A stretch of DNA of 42,136 nt, taken from Candidatus Omnitrophota bacterium (GTDB taxonomy: Bacteria; Omnitrophota; Gorgyraeia; 2-01-FULL-45-10). The stretch is taken from NCBI GenBank assembly GCA_026387155.1, contig JAPLMF010000027.1:18317-60452 (forward strand), read 5' to 3'. The notes under the pieces are model-generated. The model did no database searches. It was not told the DNA's origin and saw only the letters and a list, made by a program, of their open reading frames with translations. Below, piece by piece: positions 28,669 through 38,700 of this stretch. Each line of letters opens with the position of its first letter. The first letter of the stretch is position 1. The position numbers and the translations under genes are program-made.

Positions 28669-28697
28669 AGTATAACACTTTCAGAACTGCTTGTCAA
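28669..28697 (-). promoter_or_regulatory. Near-consensus sigma70 promoter for HAD-GH130-MFS
   Basis: TTGACA (28697-28692), 17 nt spacer ending TGT, TATACT (28674-28669). Confidence 0.75.
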
Positions 28698-28716
28698 TAA
28701 AGGGGTTCGAAGCTTA

Positions 28717-29628
28717 CTAATACTCAACCTTCGTCTTTACAAACTTTATGTTGATTATCGTTATTATAAATACCACCGCGAATACGATATAACCCAATGC
28801 GGAGGCGTACCCCATCTGGAACTTCCTGAATCCCATGTCGTACAGATATGCTACAACGGTCAATGCTGAATCGAGCACGCCGCCTATGCCGAACTCGCTC
28901 TCCGTCATTATGTATATGCGCTCGAATACCTGGAACGACGCTATGAAGCTCATTATGACGACGAATACCATCGTAGGTTTTAAGAGCGGCAGTGTTATGT
29001 GCCTGAACTTCTCCCACCGGCTGGCGCCGTCAATATCCGCCGCCTCGTAAACGGTATTGGGTATCGTCTGGAGTCCCGCCAGGAAGAGTATCATGTTGTA
29101 GCCAATACCTGCCCATATCGACATTATCATGATGGCGGGCAGCGTCCATACCGGACTCATCAGCCAGTCTATGGGCTTAAAGCCCGCTAGCATGAGACAA
29201 TGGTTTATAAGGCCGTACTTCTCGCCTGCGAACATCCACTTCCATATCACGGATAGCGCTATTACCGAGGTGACGGTCGGGATGAAGTATATTGTGCAGA
29301 AGAAGTTCTTAAACTTTATCTTCTGGTTGACCGCCATAGCCAGAAGAAGCGAGAGTATGACCCCCGGAGGTATTACACCGACCGTATAGAAGATCGTATT
29401 ACGTATCGACTTCCAGAATCTTGGGTCATTGAATAATATAGTCCTATAATTATCGAGGCCGATCCATTTCGGCGAGTGTATGCCGTTATATTCGGTGAAC
29501 GACCAGTAGAAAGAAGCGACGAGCGGCCCCAGGACGAACACCGCAAAGAGGAGGACCACCGGCGCAATAAAAATGAACGACCACTTCTGTTCGTTCATTT
29601 TTGCTAAGAAGCTGCCTCTTTTTATCAT
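28717..29628 (-). CDS. Carbohydrate ABC transporter permease (MalF-like)
   Basis: GLDNY, YEAADIDGA..FRHITLPLL, GYASA. Confidence 0.93.
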   Translation of the reverse strand: MIKRGSFLAKMNEQKWSFIFIAPVVLLFAVFVLGPLVASFYWSFTEYNGIHSPKWIGLDNYRTILFNDPRFWKSIRNTIFYTVGVIPPGVILSLLLAMAVNQKIKFKNFFCTIYFIPTVTSVIALSVIWKWMFAGEKYGLINHCLMLAGFKPIDWLMSPVWTLPAIMIMSIWAGIGYNMILFLAGLQTIPNTVYEAADIDGASRWEKFRHITLPLLKPTMVFVVIMSFIASFQVFERIYIMTESEFGIGGVLDSALTVVAYLYDMGFRKFQMGYASALGYIVFAVVFIITIINIKFVKTKVEY

Positions 29629-29641
29629 ATCTTCCTATACG

Positions 29642-30436
29642 CTAAAACGTTCCGTACTTCGCCATGTACCTTCTTATCATCTCGAACGACTTTGGTACGT
29701 ATTCCAGCTCTTCCTCTTTGCCTTCGTACTCTACGTTAAAGAAGCCGCGATAGTTGGCTTTCTTAAGTATCGCGAATATCTTGTCATAGTCAAACTCGAG
29801 TTCCCTGCAATCGGGAGAGAGTTTGTGGATCTTGGCGTGCATGTGGGTCGCATAAGGGATCGACTTCTCAAGCGCCGCGTACGGATCGGGATCGTGATAG
29901 TTGCCGGAGTCAAGATTAAGCTTCACCCACGGTGAACCCACGTCTTTTAAGAGTTTCAGCGTCTCTACCGATGTCGGGAGATATCCGCCGCTGTTGTGAG
30001 ATTCGACGGCGAGAGTGACACCTTTCTTCGCGGCGTATACCGCGCACTGGCTTATGCTCTTTACGACCTTAGGCCAAAGTTCGGCGTGCCTCTCTTTAGG
30101 CGCCCATCCGGCGAATATGCGGAGGTTTGGGGAGCCTAAAAGATATGCGGTGTCCGTCCAGCTGTTTATCTTGGCTACCTCGGCCTTCTCATCAACATCT
30201 TTATCTTTGCCGAAACTGTTGCCCGGTGAAACGGCCGATATCGTTATGCAGAGGTCCGTCGCAAGCTTCTTTATCTTCAAGAGGTAATCCGGCTCCTGGC
30301 TCTTTAAATGGATATCGATTATATCCACCCCGCCTATTTTGAGATCGTTGGCGCACACATAAAGAAGCTTCTCCATATCCATCTTGCCGGATGCGAAAGT
30401 CCTGTTATACGACCAGGTGCAGAGTCCTAATTTCAT
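29642..30436 (-). CDS. Sugar phosphate isomerase/epimerase (TIM-barrel, IolE/XylA-like)
   Basis: AVESH, LDSGN, HMHAK and VEYEG metal motifs; ATGA overlap with the upstream stop supports start 30436. Confidence 0.85.
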   Translation of the reverse strand: MKLGLCTWSYNRTFASGKMDMEKLLYVCANDLKIGGVDIIDIHLKSQEPDYLLKIKKLATDLCITISAVSPGNSFGKDKDVDEKAEVAKINSWTDTAYLLGSPNLRIFAGWAPKERHAELWPKVVKSISQCAVYAAKKGVTLAVESHNSGGYLPTSVETLKLLKDVGSPWVKLNLDSGNYHDPDPYAALEKSIPYATHMHAKIHKLSPDCRELEFDYDKIFAILKKANYRGFFNVEYEGKEEELEYVPKSFEMIRRYMAKYGTF

Positions 30437-31473
30437 TTTACCTTCACCCATTTTCCTTTAGCACTGGATTCGTATGCGGCGTTTATGACAGCCATAGTGG
30501 CCCTGCCCTCTTCGCCTGACACGAGCGGCTTATTCTTCGTTATGACACAATCGATGAAACAGTGGACCGCGTTCTCCCAGCCGGAAGCCGTGGACCCGAG
30601 TTCAGGATATATTTCCTCGAGTATACAGTTCGGGTCGTCGCCCTTCCCGGTCTTGGCTATGACGACCCTGACGGGCTTTTCGGTCCCGATGGACGTCGTC
30701 ATCTTACCCTTTGACCCATAGACCGCCGTCGTAACCTCGTAAGGCCTAGTCGTCCACGAGCATTCTATCTCGCCCTTCGTGCCGTCTTCGAATTTGAACA
30801 ACACAGTCGCGTTATCGTCGACCTTTACATCTTTTTCGATCGTCCTGATGGTAGCAAATACTTCCACTATCTTCTTCCCGGCGAACCATCTCACGAGGTC
30901 AGTAATGTGCACGCCTATGTCTACCATTGCGCCGCCGCCGGACTTTGACTTATCATAGAACCAGTGGGCCTTGCCTTCCGACCAGTACTCAGGACCCGCG
31001 TGGCCGATCCTGCCACGTATGTTGTGTATCTTGCCCAATACTCCTGAATCGAGTATCTTCTTCGCGGCCTGATGGACAGGATCAAACCTCTGGGTCTGCT
31101 CTACCATGAGGTATACACCGTTCTTCGCCGCGGCCTTCGCCATTTTGTCGGCGGCCTTGGCAAATATCGCTATCGGCTTCTCCACAAGGACATGCTTCTT
31201 GTGTTTGCAGGCTGCCACCGCCATCTCTTCATGAAGGTAGTTCGGAGTATCGACGAATACGACGTCGATGTCTTTGCGTTTCACGACCTTCTTCCAGTTA
31301 GTCTCTATCTCGGCGCCGCTTAGCTGGAACTTATCTTTAAGAGCCCTTGCTTTGGCCGCATCTATATCACAGAGAACTTTTACTTCCGCCTTATCCTTGT
31401 AATTAATCAGGTTCGGCAAGCTCGCGCGCTCCGCGATCTTTCCACAACCGATAACTGCCACTCTAACTGCCAT
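30433..31473 (-). CDS. Gfo/Idh/MocA oxidoreductase
   Basis: VIGCGKIA, TPNYLH, VEKP, GGAMVDIGVH. Confidence 0.92.
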   Translation of the reverse strand: MAVRVAVIGCGKIAERASLPNLINYKDKAEVKVLCDIDAAKARALKDKFQLSGAEIETNWKKVVKRKDIDVVFVDTPNYLHEEMAVAACKHKKHVLVEKPIAIFAKAADKMAKAAAKNGVYLMVEQTQRFDPVHQAAKKILDSGVLGKIHNIRGRIGHAGPEYWSEGKAHWFYDKSKSGGGAMVDIGVHITDLVRWFAGKKIVEVFATIRTIEKDVKVDDNATVLFKFEDGTKGEIECSWTTRPYEVTTAVYGSKGKMTTSIGTEKPVRVVIAKTGKGDDPNCILEEIYPELGSTASGWENAVHCFIDCVITKNKPLVSGEEGRATMAVINAAYESSAKGKWVKVK

Positions 31474-31491
31474 TTCGGTGTTCCTCCTTTT

Positions 31492-32529
31492 TTATAAATA
31501 CACTTTCGCGCCCCTGCGCGACGATTCATAGATCGCCCAAACCAGCTTCTGGGTCTCGAGTGCATCCTCACCCGTTATTGCGGGTTTACGCCCGGCCCGC
31601 AAGGCATCATAGAAGTCCTTTATCTGGTTATAGTGGCAATAACCCCAATAGTCTCTTACACCATCGCCGTAATCGATATACTCATTTTTTTTCGGCGCGG
31701 CCTTCTCTTCTTTGCCCTTAAAATACCATATTTTCGCTGAATCTTTTACTATATTTACGCGGGCTTTTTCACAATCTATTTCTATCTCAGGATCGTCGTC
31801 GTAGGAATAGTAGTTTATAAGATAAAAACAGGCGTAAAAACCGTTCTTGAACCTGATCACGCCTTCGGCGGAATCTTCTACATTTATAAAGGAATGAAAA
31901 CGAACCGCTACCTTCGATTCTACGTAGTCGATGGGGGCGGGCGAGAGCCACCTGAGTATATCCAGGTAATGTATCGCCTGATCTATGACTACGCCGCCGC
32001 CTTCTTTGTCCTTGCGGCCTTTCCAGTCGCTCTTCTTGTAGTAGCTGTCGGGCTTGCAATATGAGAGCACCAGTTTTGCTGACTTCATCTTCCCCAAAGA
32101 ACCGCCCTGCACCCTTTTCTTTATCAATACGGAGCTGGGGTTGAACCTGTTCTGAGATATCACACCGAAAGTTATCCCGGCCCTCTTTGCCGCTACGATC
32201 TCTTTTTTAGCATCGGAAGGGTTTAAGGCCATCGGCTTTTCTGTCAATACGTTTATACCGCGCTTTGCGGCTTCGATGATCATTGGGGCGTGCAAATAAT
32301 GAGGGGTGCATATATGGACGCTATCAAGGCTCTCGGAGGAGAACATCTCCTTGTAATCTGAATAGGAGTTACATCCGTATCGGCGGGCTTTTTCCGCGGC
32401 GCGGGAATGCCTTATATCGCAGACTGCGGCTATCCGCACGCCCTTTATACGCCTCAAAGACTCGGCATGCATGGGAAATATCGTACCGCAACCGATTATA
32501 CCTACATTTATAGTGGACATGGAGCTCAT
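31492..32529 (-). CDS. Gfo/Idh/MocA oxidoreductase
   Basis: IIGCG, TPHYLH, TEKP, GGGVVIDQAIHYLD. Confidence 0.92.
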   Translation of the reverse strand: MSSMSTINVGIIGCGTIFPMHAESLRRIKGVRIAAVCDIRHSRAAEKARRYGCNSYSDYKEMFSSESLDSVHICTPHYLHAPMIIEAAKRGINVLTEKPMALNPSDAKKEIVAAKRAGITFGVISQNRFNPSSVLIKKRVQGGSLGKMKSAKLVLSYCKPDSYYKKSDWKGRKDKEGGGVVIDQAIHYLDILRWLSPAPIDYVESKVAVRFHSFINVEDSAEGVIRFKNGFYACFYLINYYSYDDDPEIEIDCEKARVNIVKDSAKIWYFKGKEEKAAPKKNEYIDYGDGVRDYWGYCHYNQIKDFYDALRAGRKPAITGEDALETQKLVWAIYESSRRGAKVYL

Positions 32530-32646
32530 CAGGGCTAAAACCCTGCGTTCCTTTCAGTCTATGCGACATCCCGCCCCGTTCATTCGACTTCCGCGGCGGG
32601 ATAAGAGAGATTAGGTTATCACAAGGCCATTATACCGTCAATCTAA

Positions 32647-32689
32647 TTCCAAACCTGGTTTGGATCCGCATGCCAAACCAGGTTTGGAA
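32647..32689. repeat. Nested palindrome (REP-like doublet)
   Basis: TTCCAAACCTGGTTTGG-9nt-CCAAACCAGGTTTGGAA; each arm is itself palindromic. Confidence 0.7.
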
Positions 32690-32715
32690 CTTGGAACATG
32701 GGCCTGGGTGGAATG

Positions 32716-35700
32716 CTAGGCTGCTGAGAGTGATGCGATGAGCATACCGTTTAAAGTTGCAAACTCCTGCGGATCCCTTACTTCTATAGGGGGCAGGACG
32801 AATATAAACTTTCTGGCAAAATCCCTGCCGGAATCGGTCACGTCCGGTATTCTGGAAGGCGGAGCGCCGGTCAAAAGCTCATATATGCGAGAGAGCTTTT
32901 CCATCCTCTGGCTATAATCATTTATATATAAAGCCCTTAAACCGGCCAGTATACCTTCAAGCTGCCTAAATGTGCCCAGCCTTCCGCCCTCTGCCTTAAA
33001 TACAAGGAACTTGGCGTCCTTAGGCATCTTGGACATAAAGGCCTCATCGTCAAGATATCTCTCGTCATCGAGAGCAATATCCACCAAAACATCGCGTCCG
33101 GTAAGCTCCATCTCCCGGAGCTTTATCTTCTCTATCATCTTCTCGGGATGCCTCATTTCTTCTTCGGTTACAACAACTATCTTTTCACTTGAATCCGGAT
33201 ATTCATCGTTCCACCGTTTGACGACACCAGAGAAGACTGTCCTTTGCGTTTTGGATTGCCCGACATACTCGTGCGGAACAAGGGCCTCCGGTATTATGTG
33301 ATATATGACCTTACTGTCTTTGACAGGAGGAACAAGATCCTTATTTATCCGTCCTATGGCTTCTATGTCACGCTTAATCCTGTCCGAAAGCGTATCAGTC
33401 AAAGCGCTCTTTTTGATCAGCCATTCCAGCCATATCTTTCTCTCCCTGGCGCTGCCTTCCGACGTATTATACTTTACGCGGTCATATAAAGCATGGATCC
33501 TGTTTACAACTTCTCCGCCGGCCTTATATTGTCCCAATATATAACCAAGGCCTGCCGCGGCATTCCGGTACATAACGCCGGGTTCGCTATCTTCTTCCAA
33601 TATTTTAAGGAGCTCCGACGCGTATCCCGGATTACCGGATTTGCCGAGAATATTTGCCGCGACCCGCCGTACCGCAAGCGGCGCTTTAATATCCGCCAGC
33701 GCCGATCTAAGGTATTCTGTGTCGCCGCCCAGATCTTTGAGCATTACGCGCGATTTCGCTATTGTCGTCGCGGAATCAAGGCGCATCAGTTTATCTTGTA
33801 GTTTGCCAAGCGGCGCGGCATCGCTCATTAATATCTCTTTTCTCAAATCTGCTATCCTGTATGCCCTCTCCTTCATTATCTCAGAAAGCGGCCTCGCGTA
33901 ACCTTCCTTCTTCCACAGATATAGCGCCCAGTATGTATTGACCCACGCCACATCTATCACGTCGCCGCCCGTAACGTGGTCTTTAAGCCATTTCCTTTTT
34001 GTGGGCTCCAACATTGCTTTCAACCCGCCTTCAATAAATCTGTGCAGTATCTCTTCTTTGGATGTAGCTATACCGCCGTAATTGATAAGCCACGAAGGCT
34101 GCGATATTATCCCCTTCGCGAGCATTAGGCGCTCTATACGCGCCACTTCTTCCGGCCGGGACGTCTTCTTGCCGATAGGCGCGTTTGCCGCGGAAGCGAA
34201 TATCCTGACCTTTAAATTTGCCACATCTTCATCGGTCTCTATCTGATAGGCCTTCGCGGCAGGAATGGCTATCAAGGCATCTTTAAATAATATGCGCTTG
34301 GAGGCTTCCCTGGCGGCCGCCTCATCCTTAGACGACATCTCCGCGGTGGTCGCGATAACTTCGCTTGAGCCCAATATTTCGTAGTTTGCAGGATTAAAAA
34401 CAAACCTCTCGCCGCGTTTGGCGGCGGCGGCCTTATCTCCCGCAAGCCTGCCAATCTCTTCTAAGGGAATACCTCCCGAATTATAGATACTGCCGAAGTC
34501 CAGATCAGAGACGCCTACAACCCTAAAATTGTATTTATTGTAAACTTCGGGGTGTTCTAAAAATAGCTTTATGATATTTCCGCCGACTTCACCTAAACCC
34601 TGCAATATTATCGTCCGGGGTTTATCGGTAGGTATATTGAATTGTTTGATGACACTTTCATTGTCGAGAAGCGCGCAGATGCTTTCGAGCACCGACAGTG
34701 ATGTCACGCGCCATGCATCATGTGACAGGTATCCTTTTTCGGCGCTGCCGCTTGTCGTCAGCGGTATGAGCTCTGTATTCAGGTCCTTTTCCGCCTGTAT
34801 GCCTATTCCATCTATGAGCTCCATTATATCGCCTACATCCATATAGTTAGGCCGCATGTCAGGCCCTTCGATGCGGCTTACGCCGAGCGTCCCCAGATCT
34901 ATGAATGCTTTGACATACAGCTCTACGGCGCGCCTGACATTGGCGATATTCGCGGGACTCGCCTCTTTCTGGGCGCATTCGATCCTCACTCCGCCCTTTG
35001 CCACTACAAGGCCGCGGTCAAAGAGGTCTTTGTCGCCATAAACTGCCGTAGCCGCAAAATAGTTATTCCCGTCAACATAAAGGAACGACTTGCCGCCTTC
35101 AAAGAATACTTCGGCGAGAGGATTCTTAAATGACATATCCCTGGCCAGGTCCGTCGCTTCTTTAAGCGCGTTCAACGCACTGAAATCGCCGTTTTCAGAT
35201 GCTGTTATTGTGTAATAGAGAGGAAGATCTTTGTCGCGGAGCCCTAAAAGTTTGCCCAGATCGCCGCTCAGCATGATGCTAAGCCCGGCTTCACCGCGCT
35301 TATGGTAGTAGCCGTCTTCATTAGTCTTTATGACAAGGGCCCTTAGCGCCGCGAGTTTTTCTTCGGGCGTACCTTCGAGCGCGTCTCGCACTATCGGCAG
35401 CGCCGCTATCTTATTAAGAAGGATGTCGAGCTTTGCGGTCTCTCGGGCCTCGATATTTCTTATGAGGGAGCTTACGAGCTTAAGACGCTCTTTATAAGCA
35501 TTGTTCGGGCCGTGATCTTTACCGGTGAGGTGGGCAAGTTCGTCATCTTCCAGAATTGTCTTACAGAGACGTTCTGAATTCCTCTGAAAAATACGCTTTA
35601 ATAACTTCTCTCCTATATAAATGGCCCCGTCACGATAACCAGCGTGAGCGATATTGGAATGGGCTATATCGTTATTCCACCCTATGGCAGCCTCTCCTAG

Positions 35701-38700
35701 AACTATACGAAATTTAATCGGGCTGCCGCGTAGTCTATGAAGGTTGAGCCAATTTTTAACATTGGCCGATTCTTCTTCGCTAAAAAATCTTGTAATTTCA
35801 GCTGGCGGACCGCGGCACTCATTAGGATCAGTGGCCCCGGGCTTATATCCGTTGACATAACGGACCTGGTACGCCTTGAGCACTCCGTCTTCAATGGTAA
35901 CTTCAAACATCTTGCCGCTCGCGATAAGATCGCTTATTAAAGTATTGGAATCCGGAGCTTTGGGGCCTTTTAAATCCTTGTTCGGCGCGATCGCGGCTGC
36001 GGCGGTGACTTCTTTGCGCTCTACGGCCGCATTCCACTGCCTGAGATATTCAGCCGAGGTCAGACGCGCTTCAAGGATACCGCTCAGCTTGACGGCGGTG
36101 GCTTGATACTTAGCGACCTCTTCAGGGGTTTTTTCCAGGACAGCCATCAGCGCGGTAAAATACGACTCAGGTTTATTGTCTTTAGGGATGATGGTATTGC
36201 CTTCGCCGGGAATGTCCAGATTTATAGGTACGCCCTGCGACTGCAATATGCCTTCGGGCAGCGGCGGAGCGAGCTGCAAGCCTCCGCACACACCTACATC
36301 CGCTTCGGAATAACCGGCCGCTTCCGTCTTTGGATCGGAGTCCTGTATCTGGACATCCGTCGCGGCGAGGATAGCGCGCTGATCCTCAATATCTATATTG
36401 TGAATAATGGTAAAGCTGCCTTTATATACATCGGGCTCTGCCTGTTTTTTCCTGGCAATATCCCTCTCTATGTCGGAAAAACGCTTGATACTATTCACCA
36501 TATGAGGATTGACAGGCACATTAGCTCCTATCACGACCTGTATCCCTGCCCTTACCATCTTCTCTATATTCTCAGGGGAGAACGCTCTCGTCGGAGAGGC
36601 TTTTTCAGGTACCACCCTGCCGGTAAAGGAGACGACGTACTGGTCCTCTCTTAAGCCAAGCTTTTTTTTGGATTCCCGTTTTGTAGCGAGGACCTCTCCG
36701 GGGGTAGGCTCTTCCACATCCGCGTCGGGGAAGAGGCTAAGCATATTCTCGCGAAATATATGGGCCGTTGAAGCCCTCACGTCGCCATTCGTTACCGATA
36801 CCATCATATTGGTAAGATGATCCCATTCGTCGTGATTGTCATATCCGAACCCACGCGCAGGGCTTAGGATATCATCAACATGTTGGGCGCTTACACCCGC
36901 GTACCAATCGGCCGTACGGGCACCGGCCGAGGTCAGATCGACCACATTCCCATAGGTATGATAAAAATATTTCCAATATTTCTCATCGATACCGATATAC
37001 CTCAGAATATCATCGCCGGTCCTCCTGTCCCACCAGACCCTGTTTGGATACGTATGGGTACTGTACCCGACCATCGCCCTACCCAGTATGGGATCTTCCT
37101 TATAATAGATATTTCTGAAGAGGGGCGCCGACCCGAGCTGGCCGTCGTTAAAATGGATGGCGGGCGCTCGGTAATCATCTGCCGCCACGGCGGCTTTCCT
37201 TTTCTCAATAATCTTTATTAATTCAAGCGAAGCCCTCGAAAAGAAAGCGGAGAACTCCGCGTCCGATACGAGGTTGCCTTCATCCGGGTTCCTGTAGTGG
37301 TATAATCTTTCGGTATAGTAAGGCACTTCCGTCTCGGCCTGGCCTTTTTTATAGCCCTTTATAAGGTAGCTCTCAATACCGAACTTATTAACGGCCATAT
37401 AACAAACGGCTACGGCTGTAGAATTTCCTATAGGGACATCGAACCTCGCCACCTCTTTTATTTCTTCGGCTCCGACCCCTAATAACGCGGAGTAATTAGT
37501 TTCTTCATCCTGTCCGGTCTTCTTGTTCTTCGTCCTCGCGTAATATGGCTCGCAGGTCTTCAGGGGCTGCCCCCCGCATTTCAAAAGATCGGCGAATCCT
37601 ATGCTATGGGACTGCTCTACCCTGCCCAGGCCGCCTCCGGCATTCCAAACCTCGGAAGACACGACCCATACCGAACGGTCTCTAAGCGAACGGGCTTGTC
37701 TGGACATCCAATCCTCAGAGATCTCTTCTTTAAGCATTAACAGAATAGAGTCGACTACCGGCTTGCTCCTTACATCCGCGCATTCCGGGCTCGTAAGTAC
37801 GGTAACGAGCGACAGTTTCTCTTTCTTGCTGAGCAATCTTACCGCCCTGAGTATGGGGTATCTGGCTTCTACCGGATGGCGCTTGTTGGCAGCGGCAATC
37901 TGATCACATGCTGAGAGTAACTCCGAAACACTTCTGTCGCTCTCCCAGCCCACTTTAAGGGCCGCGCTCAGCTCTTTCAGCAGATACTTCCAGTTATCTC
38001 CAACCATCGCCTTAGGGACGTCCACCTGTTCCGATTTAGCCTGCTGATACCTTTTCCAGGCGCGTATCTTTTCGCCAAACTTATTCTTACCATGATTCTC
38101 AAGATCCTGGAGCGTGAGGCCCCTTATGTAATTCTCGGGCATATCCTTCCAGAAAATAGCGGCGGCTATCTGTATAGCCAGTAAATGAGTTGAAGTATCG
38201 TGCTCTGATGAATATTCGCCGCCTCTGCCGAATGCCGCGTGAAAAAATTCGTGAAAAAGCGCTTCCAGCCTGTGTTCATACAACGGACTTCTCGGATCAA
38301 AAAATTCGGCGGCGAGCCCTATCGATCTTTTGGTGCCGAAACCGAGATAGTATTTTTCCAAAGATTCGTAGACTGACTTGATAGTACCTAATTTCCAGCC
38401 CTCTGATGCATTTCTAAATAGAGCTATGGTTTCGAGCAGTTTATCTTTTACCGCATTGGGGGCGCGCGCCTTTATTATCTCTTCCAGCTCATCCAGGGTC
38501 CTTGAAAAAGACTGCGACTCATTCCACGGTGTAATGCTTATATTCTCCAGATCCACATCATTAAACCTGTGGCCTATCAACGGCTCGTCCGAAACGCCTG
38601 CCTGTGGATGTTCTGATAAGAAGATCTTTACCGCGAAACGATCCGGCGTATCATAGCCGCCTCCCAAACGCGATACAGCCGCGGAGTTTTCAAGCAGACA

